DNA of 61,265 nucleotides, the filler included. It is 7 parts of 7 records of this genome, joined end to end, with 100 filler letters (N's around TTAATTAATTAA, not from the genome) between each part and the next. Parts side by side here need not be neighbours in the genome. Positions count along the whole stretch, not along the records: positions 44,803 to 51,983 come from SRR2962707_5139; positions 52,084 to 61,265 come from SRR2962707_5148; 5 more parts are not named here. One strand, written 5' to 3'. Positions 45,203 to 54,362 of this stretch are shown here, piece by piece. A program made the position numbers and the translations under genes. The notes under the pieces were generated by a model. That model saw only the letters and a list, made by a program, of their open reading frames with translations, ran no database searches and was not told the DNA's origin. Positions within the stretch are counted from its first letter, which is position 1. Each line of letters starts with the position of its first letter.

Positions 45203-46830
45203 TGCCTCTAACGCGCGAACAAAAGCTTGACCAGCTGGCCCGTGGCGACGCCGCCTTCGATGTGGTTGTGGTCGGCGGGGGCATCACCGGAGCGGGCATC
45301 GCTCGCGAAGCCGCCGGCAGCGGCTTGAGCACCTTACTGGTGGAGCAACGGGACTTCTCCTGGGGGACCTCCAGCCGTTCTTCGAAAATGATCCACGGTG
45401 GTCTGCGCTACCTCGGCAGCGGGCACTTTCGCCTGACACGGGACGCGGTGCGGGAACGGGAGCGCCTGCTGGCAGAGGCGCCGGGGCTAATCGACCCCCT
45501 GCGCTTCATAATGCCTCACTACCAGAAACAGTTCCCCGGCCCTAAGCTGTTCCAGCTGCTGCTGCGTCTGTACGACCGACTTGCGGGCAAGCCGTCCAGG
45601 CAGCGACTCAGCCCGGCAGACACATTGCAGTGGGTGCCGGGCCTCTCCACCAGCCATCTGACCGGTGCCAGCGGCTTCACCGATGCCGTTACCGACGATG
45701 CGCGTCTGGTGCAACGTGTACTCGAAGAAGCCGAGGCCGATGGTGCGATCTGCCTGAACTATATGCAGGCGCAGGCAGTTCTCCGCAACAGTGAGACCAA
45801 CGCCGTCACAGGCGTTCACCTTCTGGACACCAGCGCGGATTCCCAAACGCCGGAAATGACCGTCAACACCCCACTGGTTATTAACGCCACGGGTGCCTGG
45901 GCGGGCCAGTTGAAGCAGACCGATAGTAGTGACACCCGAATACGTCCCCTGAGGGGAAGCCACCTGGTTGTTCCCTATTCGCGGCTTCCGGTGTCCTGCT
46001 CGGTGTCGCTGTTTCATCCGGAGGACCATCGGCCTGTATTTGCCTTCCCATGGCAAGGCACGACGGTGCTGGGGACCACGGACCTCGACCACACAGAGTC
46101 GCTGTCCCGTGAGCCGGCCATCAATCGGGAGGAGCTGGACTACCTGCTGCAGATCTCCTCAAGGCTGTTTCCCGCCAGTGCCATCACCGAGCGCGACGTG
46201 ATCGCAACCTGGGCGGGAGTGCGCCCTGTCGTCACCCAATCACCCGTGCTTAATCAATCAAAGGGAACGCGAAAACCCTCAAAGGAGAATCGGGAACATG
46301 TGATTTGGTCCGACAATGGCCTGATCAGCGTCGCCGGTGGCAAGTTAACCACCTTCCGGTTGATTGCCCGGGAAGTACTCGAACGGGGGCAAATGCCGGG
46401 TTTTCACCTCAGAAACAATGCGCTGCCGGTATTTGCATCGCCCCCGGACCTCGAACGTCCTGACGCCATCAACCATCAGAACTGGCATCGTTTGCAGGGC
46501 TTCTACGGCCCTGCTCTGCCAGAGGTCCTGCGTGCCGGCACTCATGAAACCGTTGCCGGCACCGACACCCTGTGGGCGGAGTTGGCCTGGGCGGCCGCCA
46601 ATACCGGCGTGATCCACTTGGATGACCTGATGTTGCGCCGTACCCGGCTCGGGCTGGTGCTTCCAGAAGGCGGTGAAGACCTGCTCCCGGACATACGTTG
46701 CCTGTGCAAGCCCATCCTGGCCTGGGACGACACCACCTGGGAACGGGAAGAGGCACGTTATCTGGAGCTCTGGCGATCTTGCTACTCGCTTCCGGCCACA
46801 TTTCCGGCCAAACAAGAGGCCACTGGATGA
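45202..46830 (+). CDS. FAD-dependent glycerol-3-phosphate dehydrogenase/oxidase-family protein
   Basis: VVGGGITGAG, GTSSRSSKMIHGGLRYL, DDARL, GGKLTTFR. ATG at 45202 overlaps the upstream stop. Confidence 0.92.
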   Translation: MPLTREQKLDQLARGDAAFDVVVVGGGITGAGIAREAAGSGLSTLLVEQRDFSWGTSSRSSKMIHGGLRYLGSGHFRLTRDAVRERERLLAEAPGLIDPLRFIMPHYQKQFPGPKLFQLLLRLYDRLAGKPSRQRLSPADTLQWVPGLSTSHLTGASGFTDAVTDDARLVQRVLEEAEADGAICLNYMQAQAVLRNSETNAVTGVHLLDTSADSQTPEMTVNTPLVINATGAWAGQLKQTDSSDTRIRPLRGSHLVVPYSRLPVSCSVSLFHPEDHRPVFAFPWQGTTVLGTTDLDHTESLSREPAINREELDYLLQISSRLFPASAITERDVIATWAGVRPVVTQSPVLNQSKGTRKPSKENREHVIWSDNGLISVAGGKLTTFRLIAREVLERGQMPGFHLRNNALPVFASPPDLERPDAINHQNWHRLQGFYGPALPEVLRAGTHETVAGTDTLWAELAWAAANTGVIHLDDLMLRRTRLGLVLPEGGEDLLPDIRCLCKPILAWDDTTWEREEARYLELWRSCYSLPATFPAKQEATG

Positions 46831-48389
46831 ACACGACCGAACCGCTCATCCTGGCTATCGACAACGGCACCCAGAGCGTGCGGGCCCTGCTGTTCGACAC
46901 TCAGGGCAATCTCGTTGGCAAGGGCAAACAGGAGATTGAACCCTACTTCTCCGAGCAGCCGGGCTGGGCGGAACAACATCCGGAGTATTTTTGGGAAAAC
47001 CTCGGTAAAGCGTGCCAACTGCTCTGGAAAAACACCGATGCCTTGCCGGCGCAAGTGGCCGGGGTAACGCTGACCACCCAGCGTGGCACCGTTGTAAATC
47101 TGGACGAACATGGCAAGCCACTCCGGCCAGCCATCATCTGGCTCGACCAACGTCACGCCCGTGTTGAAGGGCCTGTGCCCGGTTTATGGGGCTGGTTGTT
47201 CAAACTGCTTCGTCTGGAATCCACCGTTGACCGCTTCCGAGAAAAAACCCAGGCCAACTGGATTGCCCAGAACCAACCCGAGATCTGGGCGGCCACCCGG
47301 CATTACCTGCTGCTGTCGGGCTACCTGAACTACCGTCTGACAGGCCAGTTCAGAGACTCTGTGGGCAGCCAGGTGGGGTATATCCCGTTCGACTACAAAC
47401 GCCACCAGTGGGCCGGCCAACGTGATTTCAAGTGGCTCACCATGCCCGTTCGCCGTGAGATGTTGCCGGAGCTGGTTAAGCCCGGCGATAAGATCGGCAA
47501 CCTCACCGAAGACGCGGCCAGGCACCTTGGCCTGCCGGCGCCACTGCCAGTGATTGCTGCGGCATCGGACAAGGCCTGCGAAATACTCGGCTCCGGTGGC
47601 CTGACACCAGATGTCGGCTGCATGAGCTACGGCACTACCGCTACCATCAACACCACCAGCAAGCGTTACCTGGAACCGGTTCGCATGATGCCGCCCTATC
47701 CCTCCGCCCTGCCCGGTCACTATTCCACCGAGGTGATGATCTACCGGGGCTTCTGGATGGTGAGCTGGTTCAAGCGCGAATTCGGTCTGCGGGAACGGAA
47801 ACTGGCGGAGCAGAAAGGCGTGGAGCCGGAAGTCCTGTTTGATGAACTGGTTCGGGCCGTTCCCGCCGGTTCGATGGGGTTGATGCTGCAACCCTACTGG
47901 TCACCCGGGGTTCGCCAGCCGGGGCCGGAAGCCAAGGGCTCCATTATCGGGTTTGGCGACGTCCACACCCGCTCCCACATCTACCGAGCCATACTGGAAG
48001 GCTTGGCCTACGCCCTGCGCGAAGGCAAGGAGCGGATCGAGAAACGCAGTGGCGTCCCTATCCGTAGGCTGAGAGTCGCCGGGGGCGGTTCTCAGAGCGA
48101 TGCTGCCATGCAACTGACCGCCGATGTTTTCGGACTGCCCGCAGAACGGCCTCATACCTACGAAACGTCCGGTCTTGGCGCAGCCATCGACGCCGCTGTT
48201 GGTCTGGGGCTTCATCCGGATTTCGAGACGGCGGTGAACGCGATGACCCGAGTGGGCGATGTCTTCCATCCGCAGGCCGACACCCAGAAACTCTACGAGA
48301 GCCTGTATCGTGAGGTGTACCTGAAGATGTACCCCCAGCTTCAGCCGCTGTACCGAAAAATCCGCGATATTACCGGGTATCCCAATTAG
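46827..48389 (+). CDS. FGGY-family carbohydrate kinase
   Basis: LAIDNGTQSVRA, IIWLDQR, SYGTT, RAILEGLAY, AGGGSQS; ATGA overlap with the GlpD-like gene. Confidence 0.93.
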   Translation: MNTTEPLILAIDNGTQSVRALLFDTQGNLVGKGKQEIEPYFSEQPGWAEQHPEYFWENLGKACQLLWKNTDALPAQVAGVTLTTQRGTVVNLDEHGKPLRPAIIWLDQRHARVEGPVPGLWGWLFKLLRLESTVDRFREKTQANWIAQNQPEIWAATRHYLLLSGYLNYRLTGQFRDSVGSQVGYIPFDYKRHQWAGQRDFKWLTMPVRREMLPELVKPGDKIGNLTEDAARHLGLPAPLPVIAAASDKACEILGSGGLTPDVGCMSYGTTATINTTSKRYLEPVRMMPPYPSALPGHYSTEVMIYRGFWMVSWFKREFGLRERKLAEQKGVEPEVLFDELVRAVPAGSMGLMLQPYWSPGVRQPGPEAKGSIIGFGDVHTRSHIYRAILEGLAYALREGKERIEKRSGVPIRRLRVAGGGSQSDAAMQLTADVFGLPAERPHTYETSGLGAAIDAAVGLGLHPDFETAVNAMTRVGDVFHPQADTQKLYESLYREVYLKMYPQLQPLYRKIRDITGYPN

Positions 48390-48498
48390 CGCGAGAAACC
48401 GAACAATCTCTTGAATTTAGCCGTCACTCCGGTAAAACTCTGGATCAGTCACAACAACAATCACTCGGTTCCACCCCCAGAGCACAAAGGCAAGCCCG

Positions 48499-49341
48499 AT
48501 GTCGGCCTTAGACTACCTCGTACCCTATGACTTCTCGCCGCTCACCATATTGAGTTTCGTGCTCGTTCTGGCGTTATACGGGTACGGCCTGGTCAGGATG
48601 CCTGCTGACGACCGGCCCGGAAGCGGTCGGATACTGGTGTTTGTGGTGGGCGTTATGCTTTGCTACGGCGTGATGCAGACCCGTTTCGATTACTACTCCC
48701 AGTACATGTTCTTTGTTCACCGGGGCCAGCATCTGATACTGCACCACCTTGGGCCGATCCTGATTGCCCTGTCTAACCCCCTTCCGGTGATGCGTTTCCT
48801 CTACAGCCTGATCAATCCCGGCGTACGGCGAGCGCTAATACCGCTGGGGTGGATTTACCGTTTTCTCCAGCACCCGGCGATTGCCTCATTCCTGTTTGTG
48901 GGGCTGATCTACTTCTGGCTGTGGCCGCCAATCCACTTCGACGCCATGCTCAGCCGGGATCTGTACTGGATCATGAACTGGAGCATGCTACTGGACGGTA
49001 TGCTGTTCTGGTGGTTGATCTTTGACCCACGTTCACCCGTCATCAGCGACGCTCTGGGCTACGGCAAACGCATCCTTCTTCTGGCCCTGGTTGCCATCCC
49101 CCAGATGATTCTGGGCGCCACCATCGTGTTCTCAAGGGGCATGGTGTACGACGTGTACGAAGTCTGCGGTCGTGCCTGGCCAATGCCGCCAGAAACGGAC
49201 CAGTTGCTGGGCGGATTGCTGACCTGGATTCCCCCGGCGATGATGAGCATTCTCGGCATTCTGATTATCCTTCGACGTGCCATGCGTGAAGATGGCAAGG
49301 TGTCGCCCTATAACGAAAAGCTGAAGGCCAGCCATTCATGA
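48499..49341 (+). CDS. Cytochrome c oxidase assembly protein (Caa3_CtaG family)
   Basis: Multi-TM; FFVHRGQHLILHH, DQLLGGLLTWIP. Confidence 0.85.
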   Translation: MSALDYLVPYDFSPLTILSFVLVLALYGYGLVRMPADDRPGSGRILVFVVGVMLCYGVMQTRFDYYSQYMFFVHRGQHLILHHLGPILIALSNPLPVMRFLYSLINPGVRRALIPLGWIYRFLQHPAIASFLFVGLIYFWLWPPIHFDAMLSRDLYWIMNWSMLLDGMLFWWLIFDPRSPVISDALGYGKRILLLALVAIPQMILGATIVFSRGMVYDVYEVCGRAWPMPPETDQLLGGLLTWIPPAMMSILGILIILRRAMREDGKVSPYNEKLKASHS

Positions 49342-49955
49342 AAAACCGGTTCCTACCCTGCAGTCATAAAGCGATCTCTACCATGGCACTTTTGGCGTCC
49401 CTGGTGATGCTCGGTGGGTGCTTTGGCGACGATGAAAACTGGAATGGCAAAGACATCAGCGGCCTGATGCCGGAACTTGCCTTCGAGCTGACTGGCACCT
49501 CCGGCGACACGGTGACGGCCGAGCAAACCGACGGCAATATCCGGCTGCTTTTCTTCGGCTTCACCTCCTGCCCTGATATCTGCCCCGCCACACTCCAGAA
49601 GTTGTCCAGAGCGGTGAAAGATTTACCGGAAGCGTTGCGGACGGACACGCAGATTGTCTTTGTCAGCGTGGACCCGCAACGGGACACCCCAGAACGCATC
49701 GACAGCTACGTAAGCTTTTTCAGCGACCGGGCCATCGGCCTGACCGGCGAGGAACCGGCGCTCAGGGAACTCAGTAAGCGTTACCGCACCACCTTTGGTT
49801 ACGACGAGCCAGATGCGGAAGGCAACTACAACGTCTCGCACAGCGGTGCCGTGTATGTGTTCGATCGCGAAGGCAAGGCTCGCCTGTTGATCCGTCCAGA
49901 GCTGAGTGTGGAGGATATCCGTACGGATTTGGTGGCGTTGGCTGAGGAAAGCTAA
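49338..49955 (+). CDS. SCO/SenC copper chaperone, probable lipoprotein
   Basis: FGFTSCPDICP (CxxxC), VSVDPQRD, conserved His in VSHSG, lipobox LGGC. Alternative start at 49383. Confidence 0.93.
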   Translation: MKNRFLPCSHKAISTMALLASLVMLGGCFGDDENWNGKDISGLMPELAFELTGTSGDTVTAEQTDGNIRLLFFGFTSCPDICPATLQKLSRAVKDLPEALRTDTQIVFVSVDPQRDTPERIDSYVSFFSDRAIGLTGEEPALRELSKRYRTTFGYDEPDAEGNYNVSHSGAVYVFDREGKARLLIRPELSVEDIRTDLVALAEES

Positions 49956-49967
49956 CGCAACACCAGA

Positions 49968-51191
49968 TCACGAGACTATGCCGCGCTCCCTTAGGCTCTC
50001 TATTTCGCCAGAAGAGAGGCCAACAATAGTCTCAAGGACTTGTTTTGACTGTTCCCCCAACAGCGGAGGCGCCGTCCTGTAACTTACCGGTGTCAGCTTC
50101 AGCCTGATCGGATTGCCAACCGTCGGGACATCGCCCAGCGATGGATGTTGAACAGACTGTTTCATTCCCCGCGCAAGAACCTGTGGATCCTCAAATACCT
50201 GATCCAGGGTGTTAACCGGCCCACAGGGCACCCCTGAACGCTCCAGAATCTGCACCCATTCCTGGGTTGACCGCATCACCGTGGCCTGCCGCAGCCTGGG
50301 AATCAATTCCTTTCGATTCGCCACGCGAGCCCGATTTGTCGCAAAACGCTCATCGCTCGCCCACTCCGGATGCCCGAGCACATCGCACAAGCGGGAGAAC
50401 TGCTCATCGTTACCGACCGTTAGCACCATGTTGCCGTCTGCGGTAGGGAAATCCTGATAAGGGACGATATTGGGATGGGCATTACCCATCCGCCCTGGCG
50501 CCTTGCCCGTAGTCAGGTAATTCATGGCCTGATTCGCCAGACAGGCTACCTGCACATCCAGCAGCGCCGCCTCCACATACTGCCCCTCTCCCGTACGGTC
50601 ACGGTGACTGAGCGCAGCGAGCACACCAATGGTGGCATACAGCCCGGTCATGATGTCTGTCAGTGCTACACCGACCTTCATTGGCCCGGCGCCGGGCTCG
50701 CCGTCCGGTTGCCCGGTGATGCTCATAAGCCCGCCCATGGCCTGGATCAGGAAATCATATCCGGGCCGATTCGCGTAAGGGCCATCCTGGCCAAATCCGG
50801 TGATCGAGCAGTAGATGAGTTTGGGGTTGATACGTTTCAGGCTGTCGTAATCCAGGCCATAACGTTTGAGGCCCCCGACCTTGAAGTTTTCAAGGATGAC
50901 GTCCGACTCTGCGACCAGTTTTCGGATCAGTTCCTGCCCTTCGGGATGGGCGATATCGACCGCAAGGGACTGCTTGTTTCGATTGGCGGTCAGGAAGTAG
51001 GCAGAGAGATCTGCATTACCATCAGCCCCCTGCAGATATGGTGGCCCCCAGGAGCGGGTGTCGTCCCCGGATTTTGGGCGCTCAATTTTGATAACCTCTG
51101 CGCCGAGATCCCCAAGGATCTGCCCTGCCCAGGGACCAGCCAGCACTCTGGAGAGATCCAGGACACGCAAGTGAGATAGGGCACCAGTCAT
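49968..51191 (-). CDS. CaiB/BaiF class III CoA-transferase
   Basis: LRVLDLSRVLAGP, NRNKQS, ENFKVG, PGYD; RBS AAGGAG upstream. Confidence 0.95.
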   Translation of the reverse strand: MTGALSHLRVLDLSRVLAGPWAGQILGDLGAEVIKIERPKSGDDTRSWGPPYLQGADGNADLSAYFLTANRNKQSLAVDIAHPEGQELIRKLVAESDVILENFKVGGLKRYGLDYDSLKRINPKLIYCSITGFGQDGPYANRPGYDFLIQAMGGLMSITGQPDGEPGAGPMKVGVALTDIMTGLYATIGVLAALSHRDRTGEGQYVEAALLDVQVACLANQAMNYLTTGKAPGRMGNAHPNIVPYQDFPTADGNMVLTVGNDEQFSRLCDVLGHPEWASDERFATNRARVANRKELIPRLRQATVMRSTQEWVQILERSGVPCGPVNTLDQVFEDPQVLARGMKQSVQHPSLGDVPTVGNPIRLKLTPVSYRTAPPLLGEQSKQVLETIVGLSSGEIESLRERGIVS

Positions 51192-51222
51192 TTAATTCTC
51201 CTTTACTCAATCAATTTAGCTC

Positions 51223-51849
51223 CTATCCCCCCTCATACTCCCGGACCAGTGCCTCCAGAAAATAGAGACCAGCGGAGCTCAAAAAGCAGCGATCAGCTCC
51301 GGCGCGAAACAGCAGATTGCGTTTATCCAGATAATCCAGGGCTTCCGGCACCCCTTTTTCAAAGCGTGCCGCCCTGAGAATCTCCTGATACTCCTCATCG
51401 CCCGCCAACGCCGCCAGGTCCTGCTCATTCAATCCGGCATCGGGCCGGCCAAGGTATTCGAGGTCTCGACCGCTGCGCGCGAAATAACGCCCGATCAGCA
51501 GCAAGATCACCTGCACCCGGAAGGCGTTCTCATCGTGCTCTTCGTTCTCTTCGTCACTGCTTTCCTTGAGAAAGAAAAACGCGCCGCGTTCGTTAAACAC
51601 CAGCTCGCTGCCCAAGTGCTCGTAGAATGTCCGGAAATGGGACAGGTGGTTGTACAGCAAGTTGTAGAGCGGATTCGCCCGCAGCTCGGAGCGGTTGCTG
51701 TCCCACACATCCCGCACAATCACCCGGCCGGCCTGAAATTCCCGGTAGATCGCGGCGCTGTGGGCCGGCAGGATCTGCTCGAAGCTGCTCGAACTTTGGG
51801 ACTGGTCCGGGGATTCGGTGGTGTCTATCGCGTCAGAGAATTTAGGCAT
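51223..51849 (-). CDS. mksE: MksE-like KITE subunit of an Mks/Wadjet-type condensin
   Basis: ~208 aa; IYREFQAGRVI..LYNLL...FRTFYEHLGSELVFNERGAFFFL resembles the MksE pattern as I recall it. ATG at 51849 overlaps the upstream stop. Confidence 0.65.
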   Translation of the reverse strand: MPKFSDAIDTTESPDQSQSSSSFEQILPAHSAAIYREFQAGRVIVRDVWDSNRSELRANPLYNLLYNHLSHFRTFYEHLGSELVFNERGAFFFLKESSDEENEEHDENAFRVQVILLLIGRYFARSGRDLEYLGRPDAGLNEQDLAALAGDEEYQEILRAARFEKGVPEALDYLDKRNLLFRAGADRCFLSSAGLYFLEALVREYEGG

Positions 51850-51983
51850 GGTGTTGCTCCAGGCGGCGCTTTCGGTAGACAAACTGTTCGCTGTCGGATG
51901 ACTGGTCCAGGATTCGGAAACGGTTGGTGGTCACCACTTGCAGTCCCTCCGGTGGCGAATTGACCAGCCGGTTCAGGGCTGCC
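51842..51983 (-). CDS. C-terminal fragment of the gene upstream of mksE (possible kleisin-like subunit), 5' truncated
   Basis: Open frame AALNRLVNSPPEGLQVVTTNRFRILDQSSDSEQFVYRKRRLEQHHA* with an 8-nt overlap onto the next ATG. Identity is inferred from position only. Confidence 0.5.
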
Positions 51984-52083
51984 NNNNNNNNNNNNNNNNN
52001 NNNNNNNNNNNNNNNNNNNNNNNNNNNTTAATTAATTAANNNNNNNNNNNNNNNNNNNNNNNNNNNNNNNNNNNNNNNNNNNN
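51984..52083. other. Artificial contig spacer
   Basis: N44-TTAATTAATTAA-N44. Confidence 0.99.
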
Positions 52084-52084
52084 C

Positions 52085-52105
52085 GGCATGGGCGGCATGA
52101 TGTAA
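52085..52105 (+). CDS. groEL: Last codons of chaperonin GroEL (GMGGMM*)
   Basis: ggc atg ggc ggc atg atg taa is the typical GGM-repeat tail, and a strong terminator follows. Only 6 codons are visible. Confidence 0.75.
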   Translation, partial: GMGGMM

Positions 52106-52145
52106 ATCACGCCGTAGGGTTTTCGAACCCTTCGCTGACAGAATT

Positions 52146-52176
52146 AAGGGGCGCATCTTTTGATGTGCCCCTTTTT
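52146..52176 (+). terminator. Intrinsic terminator after groEL
   Basis: AAGGGGCGCATC-tttt-GATGTGCCCCTT-TTT. Confidence 0.85.
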
Positions 52177-52214
52177 CGTTGGCACGTCCCGCGCGGCTGG
52201 CCTAAGCAGTCGCT

Positions 52215-53063
52215 ATGCGTATTTTCCTTTTGACCGCCCTTGTGATGATCGCCTTTGCCGCGAACTCTGTTCTGACACGCTTTGCCATTGCGGGCGGGCA
52301 TATCGACCCGACGGGCTTTGCCGTGGTGCGGGTCATATCGGGTGCGGCGATGCTGTGGCTGTTCCTGACGCTGCGCGGCGGGCGCTTGCAGATTTTCAGC
52401 CGCACACGTGCCTTTGGCGCACTGACCTTGGCGGTGTATATCATCGGATTTTCGCTGGCTTACCTTACGCTGGATGCGGGGCTGGGGGCGTTGATTTTGT
52501 TTGGTGTGGTGCAGATTGCGATGTTTGCCCATGGCGCATTGTTCGGGGTCACGCCGACCCCGCGCAAGATGATCGGTGCGGCAGTTGCCTTTGCCGGGTT
52601 GGTGCTGGTTCTATGGCCAAGCGCCGCCGTGCAGGTTGATCCCGTTGGTGCCGTGCTGATGATTGCCGCCGGTCTGGGCTGGGCCGCCTATACGATCATC
52701 GGCAAAGGGTCTGATGATCCGCTGGCGAACACTGCGGGTAATTTTCTGATCTGCGCGCCCATCGTCGCGTTATTGATGCTGGTGCAGAACACGTTTTACA
52801 CCCCCACGGGGCTGATTGTCGCCATTCTGTGCGGCGCTGTGACATCGGGGCTGGGCTATGCCTTGTGGTACGCGGTTTTGCCGAAACTGATGCAATCCAC
52901 GGCGGCCGTTGTTCAATTGTCTGTGCCGGTGATTGCGATCCTTGCGGGTGCCGCGATCTTGGCCGAACCACTGGACCTCAAGGTCATTTTGGCGACCGTG
53001 CTTGTCCTTGGCGGGATCGGTTTGGCGGTCAGCGGACGATCAACTCAAGCGGGTCGTAGCTGA
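52215..53063 (+). CDS. DMT/EamA-family transporter
   Basis: About 10 TM helices; AFAANSVLTR, VTSGLGYALWY, QLSVPVIA. Confidence 0.92.
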   Translation: MRIFLLTALVMIAFAANSVLTRFAIAGGHIDPTGFAVVRVISGAAMLWLFLTLRGGRLQIFSRTRAFGALTLAVYIIGFSLAYLTLDAGLGALILFGVVQIAMFAHGALFGVTPTPRKMIGAAVAFAGLVLVLWPSAAVQVDPVGAVLMIAAGLGWAAYTIIGKGSDDPLANTAGNFLICAPIVALLMLVQNTFYTPTGLIVAILCGAVTSGLGYALWYAVLPKLMQSTAAVVQLSVPVIAILAGAAILAEPLDLKVILATVLVLGGIGLAVSGRSTQAGRS

Positions 53064-53481
53064 TCGGGGCATCGCCGAATGCAATGCCGATCAAGCTGTC
53101 GGGTTTGACCCGCAATTCCGCCATTTGCGCGTAGGTAACCCACCGCCGGTCTGATACGATATTCTCGACGTCTTGCCATGCGGGTGCAATTTCCGTTGAT
53201 CCGATGACCGTACACCGAAAATAGAAATCGACCTGATGGAAGCCGGCTGTCGGATCGTGGAATTCATTGACCAGACACGGCGCGCCGACATCAATCCGCA
53301 GGCCTGTTTCCTCAAACACCTCGCGGGCGAGGTTATCAGGCAGGGACGCGCCCAGTTCGACCCCGCCACCGGGGGCGCACATCAGATCGCTTTGACCATT
53401 GGCATAGGCGTTGACCAACAGCAGCCGATCGTCGTGAACAATCACAGCTCGTACCGCCAGACGCGGGCCATTTTTCGCCAT
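53029..53481 (-). CDS. NUDIX hydrolase
   Basis: Nudix box GGGVELGASLPDNLAREVFEETGL. Confidence 0.92.
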   Translation of the reverse strand: MAKNGPRLAVRAVIVHDDRLLLVNAYANGQSDLMCAPGGGVELGASLPDNLAREVFEETGLRIDVGAPCLVNEFHDPTAGFHQVDFYFRCTVIGSTEIAPAWQDVENIVSDRRWVTYAQMAELRVKPDSLIGIAFGDAPISYDPLELIVR

Positions 53482-53552
53482 TTGTTGGTCTTTCCTTTAT
53501 CGCTGCCGTCAAAGCATTTCACATGTCGGAATTTCAGTCTATCTGATCACAC

Positions 53553-54362
53553 ATGAAAACCGTTCTTTCCTCCTTTATCCTGTCCTTCGCGTTGAATGGC
53601 TACGCTTCTGCGCAATCCGATCTGACGCAGGCAGGCGAGGGGCGCTGCGTTGTGCTGTTGCATGGGCTGGCGCGTACGGAAACGTCCTTTGCCGTCATGG
53701 AATCGTCGCTGGAAACCGAAGGCTATAAGGTCGTGCGCCCCGGCTATCCCTCGACCGAGGCCCCGGTAGAAGAGTTGACCCGGCGTACCTTGCCTGATGC
53801 CGTTGCAGCCTGTGGCACCGCCAAAGTGGATTTCGTAACCCATTCGATGGGCGGTATCCTGCTGCGGCAATGGGTATCGGAAGTGGGTGATGAACAGGTG
53901 GGCCGCGTGGTCATGCTTGCCCCGCCCAATCACGGCAGCGAGGTCGTAGATGAATTGGGCGCTATTCCTGCATTTGACTGGATGAACGGCCCAGCGGGCG
54001 CGCAGATGGGGACAGGTGAGGATTCGCTGCCCCGCCGGTTGCCGCCAGTGACGTTCGATCTGGGGGTGATTGCGGGCACTCAATCGCTGAACCCCTATTT
54101 TTCGTCGCTTTTACCGGGCCGCGACGATGGCAAAGTTTCCGTGAAATCCACGCGCATTGATGGCATGCGGGACTTTCTGATGCTGCCGGTGACCCACACG
54201 TTTATCATGATGAACCCCACGGTGATTGCGCAGACGATGATCTATCTGAATACGGGCAAGTTTGATCGGTCGCTGACTTTTGTAGATGCGGTCCTTGATT
54301 CCATTGGCTGCCCGGAAGGGGATTGCCTGCCCGGAGCGGAGGATAAAAATGCTAAACCTTGA
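53553..54362 (+). CDS. Secreted alpha/beta-fold esterase/lipase
   Basis: Signal peptide; [15 protein letters not shown] nucleophile, DDGKVSV, VTHTF. Confidence 0.88.
   Translation: MKTVLSSFILSFALNGYASAQSDLTQAGEGRCVVLLHGLARTETSFAVMESSLETEGYKVVRPGYPSTEAPVEELTRRTLPDAVAACGTAKVDFVTHSMGGILLRQWVSEVGDEQVGRVVMLAPPNHGSEVVDELGAIPAFDWMNGPAGAQMGTGEDSLPRRLPPVTFDLGVIAGTQSLNPYFSSLLPGRDDGKVSVKSTRIDGMRDFLMLPVTHTFIMMNPTVIAQTMIYLNTGKFDRSLTFVDAVLDSIGCPEGDCLPGAEDKNAKP

Noticed and set aside
48411-48439. Sigma-70-like promoter upstream of the CtaG gene
   Set aside because: The -35 TTGAAT is good, but the -10 box and spacing are ambiguous; too weak to list as a feature.
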